DNA of 64,000 nucleotides, from NCBI GenBank assembly GCA_963815255.1, contig CAWFGH010000009.1, positions 132,541 through 196,540 of the forward strand, in the 5' to 3' direction. Below, piece after piece: positions 34,828 through 45,380 of the stretch (positions are counted from its first letter, which is position 1; every line of letters begins with the position of its first letter). The position numbers were made by a program, and so were the translations under genes. This DNA is from an uncultured delta proteobacterium. Its GTDB lineage: Bacteria > Desulfobacterota > Binatia > Binatales > Binataceae. Below the pieces are notes generated by a model that worked only from the letters and a program-made list of their open reading frames with translations, was not told where the DNA came from and ran no database searches.

Positions 34828-35712
34828 ATGGCGGTTAGCAGACTGGGCATCGTGGGCTCGGGGCAGATGGGCGGCGGAGTCGCCGAGGTGGCGGGGCAGG
34901 CGGGCCTCGAGGTCCTGATCCACGACGTCAGCGAGGAACTGTGCCGGCGCGGGGTGGAGAATATCGGACGCGACCTCGATCGGATGGTCAAGCGCGGCCG
35001 ACTCAAACCCGAGGAATGCGAGCGCGTTCTCGGCCGCATCAAGCCTACGGCGCGGCTGGAGGACTTCCGCGACGTCGATTTCGTGATCGAGGCGGTGGTC
35101 GAAAATGAAGACGCCAAGATCGCGCTGTTCCAGAAGCTCGACAAGGTCTGCCCGCCCGAGATCATTTTCGCCTCCAACACTTCGTCGATTTCGATCACGC
35201 GGATGGCCGCGCGCACCAGCCGCGCCCCGCGCTTTATCGGGATGCACTTCATGAACCCGGTGCCGGCGATGAAGCTGGTCGAGATAATCCGCGGGCTCGC
35301 GACCTCGCAGGAGACCTTCGAGCAGACTCGCACGCTGGCCGAGCGGCTGGGCAAGAACACGATGACCGCCGAGGACTTCCCCGGCTTCATCGTCAACCGG
35401 GTCCTGCTGCCGATGATCAACGAGGCCATCTACACGATGTACGAGGGGGTGGGCGGAGTCAGCGATATCGATATCGCGATGAAGCTCGGCACCAATCAGC
35501 CGATGGGTCCGCTGGAGTTGGCGGACCTCATCGGGCTCGACACCTGTCTCGCGATCATGGAGGTGATGCATCGCACGTTCGGCGACGACAAGTACCGCCC
35601 GTGCCCGCTGCTCAAGAAATACGTCGATGCCGGCTATTTGGGGCGCAAGGCCGGCCGCGGCTTTTACATGTACACCGAACAGGGCGTCGCAATTCCGCCG
35701 GTGGCACGCTAG
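34828..35712 (+). CDS. hbd: 3-hydroxybutyryl-CoA dehydrogenase
   Basis: GSGQMGGG, IEAVVE, ASNTSSISIT, GMHFMNP, GFIVNRVL, PMGPLELADLIGLD and GYLGRKAGRGFY. Confidence 0.9.
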   Translation: MAVSRLGIVGSGQMGGGVAEVAGQAGLEVLIHDVSEELCRRGVENIGRDLDRMVKRGRLKPEECERVLGRIKPTARLEDFRDVDFVIEAVVENEDAKIALFQKLDKVCPPEIIFASNTSSISITRMAARTSRAPRFIGMHFMNPVPAMKLVEIIRGLATSQETFEQTRTLAERLGKNTMTAEDFPGFIVNRVLLPMINEAIYTMYEGVGGVSDIDIAMKLGTNQPMGPLELADLIGLDTCLAIMEVMHRTFGDDKYRPCPLLKKYVDAGYLGRKAGRGFYMYTEQGVAIPPVAR

Positions 35713-35791
35713 CTGGTTTGGCCGCCGCGCGATCGGTGAAAGGTTGGCCTGGGCAAATTCGCCAGCAGATTAATTCAAGGAGGAACAGCAG

Positions 35792-36025
35792 ATGTCGGTC
35801 AAAGCGTTCATCCTCGTCGATACCTCGCCGGGGAAGGCGAGGGAAGTCGCAACCAAGCTGCGCAACGTGGCGGGCATCTCCAGCGCCCACGCGGTCACCG
35901 GCCCGCATGACATCATCGCGGTGGCCGAGGCGAGCGACGTTTCATCGCTCGGCGAATTGGTGGTGCAGAAAATCCAGAGCGTGCCGGGGGTCAATCGCAG
36001 TCTGACGTCGATCGTGGCGGACTAG
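35792..36025 (+). CDS. Stand-alone Lrp/AsnC ligand-binding (RAM) domain protein
   Basis: VKAFILV, HAVTGPHDIIA and KIQSVPGV..SLT; AAGGAGG RBS. Confidence 0.85.
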   Translation: MSVKAFILVDTSPGKAREVATKLRNVAGISSAHAVTGPHDIIAVAEASDVSSLGELVVQKIQSVPGVNRSLTSIVAD

Positions 36026-36114
36026 CCGCGCGCGCTCGGCGCCGCTTGGGCCACTTGAAAAGATTCTATGGTTAGCTGGATTAAGTAGTCGGATGTCGCG
36101 TTTTCAGGAGAGCA

Positions 36115-36618
36115 ATGGCTGAACTTCCAGTAGTCAAGCGGCTGCGCAAGGACATGGACAATCTCAAGCGCGAGCTGACCGTGGAGTTGCCCAAGGAGTT
36201 GGAACGCGCGCGCGCACATGGCGATCTTTCGGAGAACGCCGAGTGGGCGATGGCCAAGCAGCGCCAGGAATTCCTGCGCGCGCGCCTGGCCAATCTCGAG
36301 GAGCGCGTCTCGGAGCTTGCGCGGATCAACCTCGACTCGATTCCGCGCGACACGGTCGGCCTGGGCAGCCGGGTCGAGCTCGAAGACCTCGACGAAAGCG
36401 TCACCGTCGAATATGAGATCGTGGTGCCGGAGGAGGTCGACGGAGGCGCCAACCGTATCTCGCTCTCCTCGCCGCTGGGACGGGCGCTGATCGGCAAGGC
36501 CGAGCAGGATGACATCGAGGTCCAGACCCCGCGCGGGAAACGCTCCTACATGGTCAAGCGCCTGGTTACGATCCACACGATCCTCGCGCTCGAGAGCGAC
36601 GAGAACTCGCAGCACTGA
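36115..36618 (+). CDS. greA: Transcription elongation factor GreA
   Basis: ARAHGDLSENAE and ISLSSPLGRALIGK. Confidence 0.9.
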   Translation: MAELPVVKRLRKDMDNLKRELTVELPKELERARAHGDLSENAEWAMAKQRQEFLRARLANLEERVSELARINLDSIPRDTVGLGSRVELEDLDESVTVEYEIVVPEEVDGGANRISLSSPLGRALIGKAEQDDIEVQTPRGKRSYMVKRLVTIHTILALESDENSQH

Positions 36619-36632
36619 TCCGCGCGAGCAAG

Positions 36633-37400
36633 ATGGAACGCGGGTCGATCTCGTTTCCTGCCGCGGTAATTCTCGGCCTGCTGGTCGGCGCCGGGGCGGC
36701 ATTGGGCGGCTACTTTGTCGGCCAGGGTTTCTTCCAGGGACGACGCGCCGAGCGCTACGTCAGCGTCAAGGGGCTGGCCGAACGCAATGTCAAAGCCGAC
36801 CTCGCCGTATGGACCTTGATCTTCAGTGCGACCGGCTCCGATATCAGCGCAGTCAGCACCGTCAGCGAGCGCGACCGCGAGCTCGTCCGCGCCTTCATCG
36901 ACAAGTCCGGCTTCATCGATCGCGAAATCGAACCTCTGCCGACGCGGGTCAATGACCAGTTCGCATTCGCTGCGCTGATGGGGCCGCCCAACGTCGAGGC
37001 CGCGCGGCGCTATGTAGTAACCGCGGGCTACGAGATTCGCACCACCAAAGTCGACGCGGTGCGTGCGGCGAGCCAGACGACCGGCGAGCTGATTCGGCAG
37101 GGCGTCGTACTGGACGGGCGGCCGATCGAAAGCGCCGCCGCCAACCCGGCCTACCTGTTCACCCGCCTGGGCGACATCCGGCCCGCGATGCTGGCGCAGG
37201 CGACCAAGAGCGCGCGTGCCCTGGCGCAGCAGTTCGCCACTGACTCCAACAGCCATCTCGGCGCGATTCGGCGCGCCAGCGAGGGCGTCTTCCAGGTGTT
37301 GAGCCGCGACGGGGAAACGCCCAACCCGGCCGAGGAGCGCTCTTCGATCGAAAAGAAACTGCGCCTGGTCTCGACGGTCGATTACTACCTGGGCGAGTGA
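36633..37400 (+). CDS. SIMPL (DUF541) domain protein
   Basis: N-terminal TM, VSVKGLAERNVKADLAVW, MLAQATKSAR..AQQFA.DS and KKLRLVSTVDYYL. Confidence 0.85.
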   Translation: MERGSISFPAAVILGLLVGAGAALGGYFVGQGFFQGRRAERYVSVKGLAERNVKADLAVWTLIFSATGSDISAVSTVSERDRELVRAFIDKSGFIDREIEPLPTRVNDQFAFAALMGPPNVEAARRYVVTAGYEIRTTKVDAVRAASQTTGELIRQGVVLDGRPIESAAANPAYLFTRLGDIRPAMLAQATKSARALAQQFATDSNSHLGAIRRASEGVFQVLSRDGETPNPAEERSSIEKKLRLVSTVDYYLGE

Positions 37401-37412
37401 CTATCTATTCGA

Positions 37413-39215
37413 TTATGCGCGTCCCGTTTCCGTTCCGTACAAGGATTCGATCACGTCTCGATAGTGTTCCATCACGACCTTGCGGCGCAGCTTGAGCGTC
37501 GGCGTAAGCTCGCCGTTGTCCTGGCTGAAGGGGCGCGCCAGCAGCGCGAACGCCACGATCGTCTCGACGTCCGACAGTCCCTTGTTAAGCTCGCGTATGC
37601 GGGCATGATAGAAAGCGCGTAGCGCCGGGTCGGCGACGGCCTGCTCGGGCGGGCGCATCGCTATCAGTTTGAACTCGGGCTGGGCGGCCAGGTACTCGAA
37701 ATCAGGCACCAGCAGGGCGGCCAGGTGCTTGCGCCGATCGCCGATCACGCAAGCCTGCGCGATCGCCGGGTCGGAGTTCAGCCGGTTCTCCAGGTTGGCG
37801 GGCGAGACGTTCTTGCCGCCCGACAGTACGATAATTTCCTTCTTGCGGTCGGTGATGGTGATATAGCCGTCGTGATCGATGCGCGCGATGTCGCCGGTAT
37901 GGAGCCACCCATCGGGGTCGATCGCCTCCCGCGTCTCGGTCTCCATCTTGTAGTAACCCGCCATCACATTGGGCCCGCGCACCAGCAATTCGCCGTCTTG
38001 CGCGGTGCGGACCTCGACGTCTCTGATCGCGCGGCCCACGGTGCCCATCCTGGTATGTCCGTGCAGGTTCACCGAGACCACCGGCGAGGCCTCGGTCAGC
38101 CCGTAACCCTCGACGATCGGAACCTCGGCGGCGGCCAGAAAGCGGAAGATGTCGCGCGGCAGCGGCGCGCCACCCGAGATTAAATAACGCAGCCGGTTGC
38201 CAAAGATTGCGCGGATGCGCGCGAACACCACATTGCGAAACAGCGCCATCGGGGCCGCCAGGCGGACGGGCACTGACTGGCCCTCGTGCCGGTACACCGC
38301 CGCGTGCGCTCCAGTGGCGACCGCAGCTTTGAAGAGCGAACGCCGCATACCCGAGCCCGCCTCCACCGTGCGCATCACGCGCGCGTAAACGGCCTCCAGC
38401 ACTCGCGGCACGGTGAGCACGATAGTCGGATTCACTTCGAGCAGATTCTGCGCGATTTGACCCAGCCCCTCGGCGTAGGAAATCGTGCCGCCCGCGAGCA
38501 CCACCGTGTAGTAGCCGGCGGAGCGCTCGAACGAATGCGCGATCGGGAGGAACGACAGCGTCATGTCCTGCTCGTTGAGATCGAGCGCGGCCTGCGACGA
38601 TTCGCTATTGGCCAGCAGGTTGCCATGCGTGAGCATCGCGCCCTTGGATGGCCCCGTGGTGCCCGAGGTGTAGATGAGCGTCGCCAGGTCCTGGCGCGAG
38701 CCCTCCATCGGCGGCTCAGCGGGATGGGCGGTCATCTGCGAGAAAGTGAGAATTCTGAGCTTTCCCCTCCCGCCGTATGACGGCGGCGCGCCCTGGGAAG
38801 GGGTCATCTGAATGATACCCTGGAGGTCGGGTAAATCGCTCGAAATCTCCAGGATCTTCGTCACCGCCGCATCGCCGTTGACCGCGACCAGGCTCGTGGC
38901 CGAATCGGCGAGGATGTGGCGGGTCTCCTCAACGCCGGCGGTGGTGTATAGGGGCACGACCACAGCGCCCATCCCGAGCGCAGCCTGATCGACCACCACC
39001 CAGCGCGGACAATTTTCCGACAGGATTGCGATTCGATCGCCGCGCTCCAATCCAAGTCCAAGCAGGCCGGCGCGCAGGCGCGCGGCCTCGTCGGCGATGT
39101 CATTCCAGGAGTGGTCGCGCCAAGCCTTGCCGGTCTTGTCTCGCAAGAAGGCCCGATCGCCGAGCCTGTCCGCCTGCGCGGTGAAAAGCTCGGCCAGAGT
39201 CGCGAAATGGTTCAC
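37413..39215 (-). CDS. Long-chain fatty acid-CoA ligase (FadD15/ACSBG-like)
   Basis: IYTSGTTGPSKG, EGYGLTE, GWLHTGD, DRKKEIIVLSGGKNV and ELTPTLKLRR. Start at GTG 39215 after GGAGG; the 992-aa ORF extension is antisense to the RND gene. Confidence 0.9.
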   Translation of the reverse strand: MNHFATLAELFTAQADRLGDRAFLRDKTGKAWRDHSWNDIADEAARLRAGLLGLGLERGDRIAILSENCPRWVVVDQAALGMGAVVVPLYTTAGVEETRHILADSATSLVAVNGDAAVTKILEISSDLPDLQGIIQMTPSQGAPPSYGGRGKLRILTFSQMTAHPAEPPMEGSRQDLATLIYTSGTTGPSKGAMLTHGNLLANSESSQAALDLNEQDMTLSFLPIAHSFERSAGYYTVVLAGGTISYAEGLGQIAQNLLEVNPTIVLTVPRVLEAVYARVMRTVEAGSGMRRSLFKAAVATGAHAAVYRHEGQSVPVRLAAPMALFRNVVFARIRAIFGNRLRYLISGGAPLPRDIFRFLAAAEVPIVEGYGLTEASPVVSVNLHGHTRMGTVGRAIRDVEVRTAQDGELLVRGPNVMAGYYKMETETREAIDPDGWLHTGDIARIDHDGYITITDRKKEIIVLSGGKNVSPANLENRLNSDPAIAQACVIGDRRKHLAALLVPDFEYLAAQPEFKLIAMRPPEQAVADPALRAFYHARIRELNKGLSDVETIVAFALLARPFSQDNGELTPTLKLRRKVVMEHYRDVIESLYGTETGRA

Positions 39216-39464
39216 CCGCTCAACCTCCACGCAGTGCGTCTGGCAATCGAGTTTACTATCGCAAAGCAAGGTGTCGCGCCAAACCTGACGGGCATTGCTT
39301 TGACATGAACTTTGAATTGTCGCGCAAGCGACAGCCCGCCGCTGGCGAGGTTTAGCCGGGGTTGATATGGTGCCTCGATTGACTGGCCTCGGTCCCCCGC
39401 TCGCATCCTGAGATGGAAAACCTCGCGACGGTGCGCCGAGGGCCTTTTCCGCCACAGGATTTCG

Positions 39465-41849
39465 ATGGTTGAACGTCTGGTTCATTCGATTGTCCGGCTG
39501 ACGCTTAGGCATCGCTGGTTTTCGCTCGCCTTCCTCGCGGTGTTCACGGTCTTCTTCGCCTACCAGGCGATCGCGGTGCGGATGTACAGCAAGTTCAGCG
39601 ACCTCCTGCCGCAAGCCCATCCTTACGTCGCGGCCTACAACCACTTCCGGGAGATCTTCGGCACCGCCAACGTGATGACGGTGGAGTTGCAGGTCAAACG
39701 CGGCGACATTTTTACCAACAAAACTCTGAACAAGATTCGCTTCATCCATCAGCAACTCGATCTGATGGACGGCGTCGATCACGACCTGATCAACTCCATC
39801 ACCGGCACCAACGCGCGCAAGGTAGTCGCGACCAGCGGCGGGCTGATCATTTCGCGGCCGCTGTTGCCCGAGCAGATTCCGACCTCCAGCGCCGACCTCG
39901 CGCGCCTGAAGTATGACGTTCTGCACAGCCTCGCTTATGGCGTCCTGGTTTCGGCCGACGCCACGAGCGCAATAGTCACGGCCGGGTTCAACGAGGGCCA
40001 GGTCGACTATGGCGAGATGCATCGGCGCCTGGCCGGAATCAAGCACGCCGTCGAAGACGACAACACGGTCATGTACGCCACCGGCGAGCCAGTGCTGAAG
40101 GCCTGGTGCTGGTACTACAAGGGCGAGCTGGCGGAAATTTTCAGCGTCACCGGACTGTTTATAGTGCTGTCGCTGGTGCTCTATTTTCGCCGCGCCTATG
40201 GCGTGCTGCTGCCGATGGTCGGGGCGGCGGCGCAGGTCATCTGGGGGCTCGGCTTTCTCGGACTGCTCGGCTACAACCTCGACGTCCTGGTGCTGGTGAT
40301 TCCATTGCTGGTGACCGCGCGGGCCGCGAGCCACGGCGTGCAGTTGCTCGAGCGCTATTTCGAGGAGCTCGAGCGCACCGGCGACCGCCATCAGGCCGTG
40401 CGCGACTCGATGGACGAGCTGTTTTTACCCGGCGCGATCGGCATTCTCGCCGACGCTGCGGGCATCCTGGTGCTGGGCGTCGCCACCATCCCGCTGGTGC
40501 GCAAGGTCGCCTTCTTCGCGAGCTTCTGGGGCTTCTCCAACATCTTCACCATCCTGATCCTGGTGCCGCTGCTGCTCGATATCCTGCCGACGCCGAAAAT
40601 CACCAAGCACTACGTCCCGCACTGGATGGCGTCGGGCCTGCACTGGGTGGGCGAGAGCTGTACGAGCCGGCGCGGAAGATGGGTGGTGTTCGGGATCGCC
40701 GCGGTGGTCGTGGTGCTGGGGATTCAGCAGGCGGTCAAGTTGCCCATCGGGTACACAGAGCCGGGATCGCCGCTGCTATGGCAGGACTCCGACTTCAACG
40801 TCTCCTCGCGCCACATCAATCGCTCTTACGGCGGCTCCAACGAGTTGGTGATCTACCTTCAAGGCGACCACGCCAACGCGATGAAGGATCCGAAGCTGCT
40901 CGCCCTGCTCGACGACTTCAGCCACTACATGCTCGCGCAACCGCAGGCGAGCGGCAGCCGCTACACCACAACCCTGGTGCGGCGCCTGCACAGCCTCTTT
41001 CACTACAACGATCCGGTATGGGAGGTGTATCCGCGCGATCTCAAGGGCATCGGCCAGATGCTCTTCATGTACCAGTCCTCGGCGCCGTCGCCGACGATCA
41101 TCTTTCAGTACATGGACTACCAGGCGCGCTACGGCCAGTTCGTCGTTTACTACTGGGACATCGAGGGCTCGACCGTGCTCGAGGCGCTGACCCGCGCCAA
41201 CAAGTTTATCGCGGCCCATCCGATGCCTCACGTGAAATTCGTGCTCGCCGGCGGCAGTATCGGCTTGACCGCGGCGCTCAACGACGAGATTGCCTATTCC
41301 GACCGCGTCAGCACGCTGCTCATCCTGGCTGTGGTCTTTACGCTAGTGGCGTTGAGCTACGCCTCGTTGACCGCGGGCGCGATGGTGCTGATGACGCTCA
41401 TCGCGGCCGGCGTCGTGAGCTTTCTCTACATCGGGTTGAAGGGCGTTGGGATCAATATCAACACTTTGCCGGTGACCGCGGTCGGGATGGGTATCGGCGT
41501 CGATTACATCCTGTACGTGGTGGACCGTATCAAGCGCGAGTACGGACGGCTTCACGACTACGACGGCGCGATCAAACGCGCGATCAACACCTCGGGGATG
41601 GCGGTCACGTTCACGGCCACGACGCTCGTCGGCGGGGTGTTGCCGTGGTACTGGATGTCGAGCCTGCGCTTCTCGGCTGAGATGGCGCTGTTGCTGGCGC
41701 TGCTGATGCTCACGCACTGGCTGGCGGCGATAACCCTGGTGCCGTCGATCTTCTCGATCATGCGGCCGGCGTTCGTGGCGCGTGACGTCGAACCGCTCCA
41801 GGCCCCGGAGGCTTCGCAGTCGGCGAGCGGTACCGTGCGAGTGGCCTGA
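39465..41849 (+). CDS. RND/MMPL-family transporter (type associated with DUF1329/DUF1302 loci)
   Basis: Two repeats of TM + large loop + 5 TM; ARAASHGVQ in the N-half and GMGIGVDY in the C-half. Confidence 0.85.
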   Translation: MVERLVHSIVRLTLRHRWFSLAFLAVFTVFFAYQAIAVRMYSKFSDLLPQAHPYVAAYNHFREIFGTANVMTVELQVKRGDIFTNKTLNKIRFIHQQLDLMDGVDHDLINSITGTNARKVVATSGGLIISRPLLPEQIPTSSADLARLKYDVLHSLAYGVLVSADATSAIVTAGFNEGQVDYGEMHRRLAGIKHAVEDDNTVMYATGEPVLKAWCWYYKGELAEIFSVTGLFIVLSLVLYFRRAYGVLLPMVGAAAQVIWGLGFLGLLGYNLDVLVLVIPLLVTARAASHGVQLLERYFEELERTGDRHQAVRDSMDELFLPGAIGILADAAGILVLGVATIPLVRKVAFFASFWGFSNIFTILILVPLLLDILPTPKITKHYVPHWMASGLHWVGESCTSRRGRWVVFGIAAVVVVLGIQQAVKLPIGYTEPGSPLLWQDSDFNVSSRHINRSYGGSNELVIYLQGDHANAMKDPKLLALLDDFSHYMLAQPQASGSRYTTTLVRRLHSLFHYNDPVWEVYPRDLKGIGQMLFMYQSSAPSPTIIFQYMDYQARYGQFVVYYWDIEGSTVLEALTRANKFIAAHPMPHVKFVLAGGSIGLTAALNDEIAYSDRVSTLLILAVVFTLVALSYASLTAGAMVLMTLIAAGVVSFLYIGLKGVGININTLPVTAVGMGIGVDYILYVVDRIKREYGRLHDYDGAIKRAINTSGMAVTFTATTLVGGVLPWYWMSSLRFSAEMALLLALLMLTHWLAAITLVPSIFSIMRPAFVARDVEPLQAPEASQSASGTVRVA

Positions 41850-41910
41850 GGCCCGCGGAAAATGCCCGAAGGTGGCACTGCCGAGCCAGGCGCGGAATAA
41901 TCGAGCAATC

Positions 41911-41940
41911 TTGGCAACGGTCCGCTTGGGCTGATATCGT
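41911..41940 (+). promoter_or_regulatory. Candidate extended -10 promoter for ctaAB
   Basis: TTGGCA-18 nt-TATCGT with TG one base upstream of the -10. Confidence 0.35.
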
Positions 41941-42061
41941 GCGTTAGCCCGAGTTGTTTTTCGAGCAGAGCATTGTTCGCGATTCTAATGACATGAGGAC
42001 TTGACGTGAGGTCTTGTCGCGGAGTTCGACAAAGACCCGTGCGGACGGGTACGGAATAAAC

Positions 42062-43112
42062 GTGAGCGCGTTCTCACAGACCACACGATCCGATTTTCAA
42101 GCTTCACCCGAGTTGCCGCGCGCTTCCGCGTCGTTGGTGGCGCTCCATCGTTTCGCTATTTTCGCCGCCGCCGCGACCTTCGTCCTGGTTTTCGCCGGAG
42201 GATTGGTGACATCGACCGGATCCGCGATGGCGGTGCCGTCGTGGCCGCTCGACGCCGGCCGTCTGATCCCACAACAGTGGGGGGCGGGAGTGCTTTTCGA
42301 GTGGGGCCATCGCGCGATCGCCGGCACGGTCTCGATTCTCACCCTAACCCTCGCGCTGTGGGTCTGGATAGCCGAGCGGCGCGCGTGGGTCCGGTACACA
42401 GCGCTCGCGGCCGTCGCCCTGGTGGTCGTGCAGGCCGTGCTCGGCGGGATAACCGTGCTTTTGAATCTGCCCCTGACGTTCGCGGTCGCACACGCGATGA
42501 CCGGGCAGGCATTCTTTTGCCTGATGGTCGCAATAGCGTTGTTCACCAGTCCGGGTTGGCAGGCGATGGCGCCGGTGGCACGCTCGCACGGTCGGGCGTC
42601 TCTGACGCCGCTGGCGGCCGCGACCACGTCGATCATCTACTTCCAGATAATTATCGGCGCGCTGATGCGGCACATGCACGCTGGCCTCGCGATTCCCGAC
42701 TTCCCGCTCGCCTTCGGCCGCCTGGTGCCGCCGATGTTCTCGCTGCCGATCGCGGTCAACTTTGCCCATCGATGCGGTGCGGTGGTGGTCACGGCGATGG
42801 TGCTATGGACGGTCGCGCGCACGCTGCGGGAATATCGTGATGAGCCGTCGTTGCGGCGCGCGGCGCTGGGGTTGCTGGTGCTGCTCGCGATGCAGATAGG
42901 GCTCGGCGCGGCGACGGTTCTGAGCCGCCGCGCGGTCGTCCCGACGACCTCGCACGTCGCGGTGGGCGCGGCGGTGCTCGCAACCTGCCTAGCGCTGACC
43001 TTGCGCGCATGGCGATCTCGAGCACGCGGCGCGCGCCGCCGGCGCCTCTGAGAGCGCGCGAGCGCGAGCGCCTCGGTTGGGCGCGTCGGCGCGGCACGAG
43101 GTGGGCGCATGA
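42062..43112 (+). CDS. ctaA: Heme A synthase (CtaA/COX15), Cys-less type 1; probable frameshift near 43015
   Basis: GGLVTSTGS, FEWGHR, QAVLGGITV, AHAMTGQ, FAHR and SHVAVG. As written it stops at 43051; the shifted frame ends in an ATGA overlap with ctaB at 43112. Confidence 0.85.
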
Positions 43113-44008
43113 GCGCCGAAGCCGTCGCGCTCGCATCGGCGAGCGGCGCGCGCAAGCGCGCCGCGGCCTATCTCGAGCTGACCAAGCCGCGCGTGCTCGC
43201 GATGGTTCTGCTGACCACGCTGGTCGGCTTCTATCTCGGCAGCGCCGAGCGCTTCGATCTGTGGCTTGCGCTGAATACTCTGTTCGGCACCGCGCTCGCC
43301 GCCGGCGGCACGCTCGCGCTCAATCAGTACTTCGAGCGCCGCATCGACGCGCTGATGCTCCGCACGCAGCATCGCCCACTGCCCGAGGGACGCCTGAGCC
43401 CGCCCGAGGCGCTGGTGTTCGGCCTCGTCGCGACGGTCGCCGGATGCGCCTGGCTGTGGGCAGCGACGAATTTTCTGGCCGCCGCGGTGACCGCCACGAT
43501 CGCGCTGCTCTACCTGTTCGCTTACACGCCGCTCAAGCGGGTTTCGTGGATTTGCCATGCCGTCGGCGCGGTGCCCGGAGCGCTGCCGCCGGTTGCGGGA
43601 TGGGCCGCGGCCAGCGGCAGGCTAGGGCTGGAGCCTTTCATCCTGTTCCTCATCATGTGCCTGTGGCAGCTTCCGCATTCGCTCTCGATTGCGCGGCTTT
43701 ACCAAAGCGACTACGCGCGCGCGGGAATCAGCATGCTGCCGCTCGCGGGCGGACGCGGTAATCCAGTGGACAAGGTGATCCTGCTCGATTGTCTGGCGCT
43801 CATCGCGGCGGGCACGCTGCCCACGTTGCTGGGCTTCGCCGGATGGATCTCGCTGGCGGTCGCACTGGCGCTGGGCGCGATGATGCTGACTTTTGGGCTG
43901 CGCCTCGCGCGCAACCCGAATGCCGCCGCGGCAGCGCGCAGCGTGATGTTCGCTTCGCTCTTGTACTTGCCGATCGTATTCCTGGTAATCGTGCTCGACC
44001 GTGTGTAA
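43109..44008 (+). CDS. ctaB: Protoheme IX farnesyltransferase (heme O synthase)
   Basis: LTKPRV, NQYFERRIDALMLRTQHRPLPEG, YTPLKR, GALPPVAGWAA and WQLPH...DYARAG. Confidence 0.93.
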   Translation: MSAEAVALASASGARKRAAAYLELTKPRVLAMVLLTTLVGFYLGSAERFDLWLALNTLFGTALAAGGTLALNQYFERRIDALMLRTQHRPLPEGRLSPPEALVFGLVATVAGCAWLWAATNFLAAAVTATIALLYLFAYTPLKRVSWICHAVGAVPGALPPVAGWAAASGRLGLEPFILFLIMCLWQLPHSLSIARLYQSDYARAGISMLPLAGGRGNPVDKVILLDCLALIAAGTLPTLLGFAGWISLAVALALGAMMLTFGLRLARNPNAAAAARSVMFASLLYLPIVFLVIVLDRV

Positions 44009-44059
44009 TCGCACGCAGGAAGCGTGAGTTTCCTCGTTGGAACAGGGAGGGACCTCGAG

Positions 44060-45373
44060 ATGAGCGGCATTCGGAAGCTGTTGCCTGGAATCATCGGCCT
44101 CGCGCTCTGCTTTCTCAGCGTGGCATCGGTCGGGGCGGTGGAGAACGCCATCCCGGCCGGCACCAAAATCACCTTGAAGAACTGGCAGCAATTCAAGGCC
44201 TTCATGCCCGACGGGATGATTGCGCTGTTTGACGGCAGCGTCGATTGGAAGATGCCGCCTGACGTCGAGATGGACGTGGGTCCGACGACGATCCATCCGC
44301 TGCCCAAGCCGTTTTGGGACGCGGTGGAGAAGTACTCGGTGCAGACCCGCTTTCTCAAGCTGCCCAACGGCGCTTACAAGCTGGAGAACTATGTCTCGGG
44401 CGTTCCGTTTCCGCATCCGTCGGGCCCCGACAAGGGGACCGAGATCGCGGCCGACGTCACCTTCCGTCCCGGCGGCCATCTCTACGTCGGCATGCCCGAT
44501 TCGGGGACGCCGTCGTCGTTCTGCACGATGGACAAGTTCGGCAGCAAGGCCTGCACTCGCGTCGATTACAATTATCGCCAGCTTGCCTACAACTGGTACC
44601 CCGGCATCTCGCACACCGAGCCCGGTTCGACGGGAGCGTGGTACGGCGAATGGCTGATGGTCGAGGTGCCGGAGGAGGCGAAGTACTCGGCCGACCTGAC
44701 GCTGTTCTGGCAGGATGTGACCCGGCTCCCCGACGACTACGTTTTCATTCCGGCGCTGCGCCAGGCGATGCGGCTTTCGACTTCGGCTCGATGCGCGCCG
44801 CTGTTCGACAGCGACGCCACGCACGACGATCAGCGGGTGGGATGGAACGGCGGCGCTTCAATGTTCGAGGGTCAGTTCCTGCGTGAGCAGAATATTCTCG
44901 CGCTGGTCGACATGACCACTGCGATGGGCAAGTTTCCCGACAACTACGATATGCCGCTCGGCTGGGCGAAGCCGTCGTGGGGCAAATGGGAGGTGGTGCC
45001 GGTGTGGGTGACCGACGTGCGCCGGATCGAGTCGATGCGCTCGGGCTACTGCTACGGCAAGCGCATCATGTACACCGCCCAAGCCTACTTCGCCAACGTG
45101 CACGAGGACCTGTACGATTCCAACATGGCACTGTGGAAGGTGGTGAATATTGGGCTGCGCGCGCGCGAGGACCGGCTCCATCCGGAGTGGGGGCAGCAGT
45201 ACTTCGGCGGGGGGATCATCGAACAGTACTGGAACCTCCAGGATCAGCACGCCACGCACATCTTCACCGCTGACGCCAACGGCGAGGATTTGTGGGCCGA
45301 CCGCTACTCGCCGCAGTATGACAACATCTCGAAGTTCCAGAATCCCAGCGGCCTGACGCAATTGATGCACTGA
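44060..45373 (+). CDS. DUF1329-family exported protein
   Basis: Signal peptide, IPAGTKIT..NWQQ, YVSGVPFP.P, FIPALRQAMRLS, YCYGKRIMY and DLYDSNMALWK. Confidence 0.75.
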   Translation: MSGIRKLLPGIIGLALCFLSVASVGAVENAIPAGTKITLKNWQQFKAFMPDGMIALFDGSVDWKMPPDVEMDVGPTTIHPLPKPFWDAVEKYSVQTRFLKLPNGAYKLENYVSGVPFPHPSGPDKGTEIAADVTFRPGGHLYVGMPDSGTPSSFCTMDKFGSKACTRVDYNYRQLAYNWYPGISHTEPGSTGAWYGEWLMVEVPEEAKYSADLTLFWQDVTRLPDDYVFIPALRQAMRLSTSARCAPLFDSDATHDDQRVGWNGGASMFEGQFLREQNILALVDMTTAMGKFPDNYDMPLGWAKPSWGKWEVVPVWVTDVRRIESMRSGYCYGKRIMYTAQAYFANVHEDLYDSNMALWKVVNIGLRAREDRLHPEWGQQYFGGGIIEQYWNLQDQHATHIFTADANGEDLWADRYSPQYDNISKFQNPSGLTQLMH

Positions 45374-45380
45374 GCGCAAG

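Noticed and set aside
37413-40391. 992-aa ORF as a giant acyl-CoA ligase fusion
   Set aside because: The first ~390 aa lie antisense to the RND gene and across the intergenic region; a good RBS and GTG occur at 39215.
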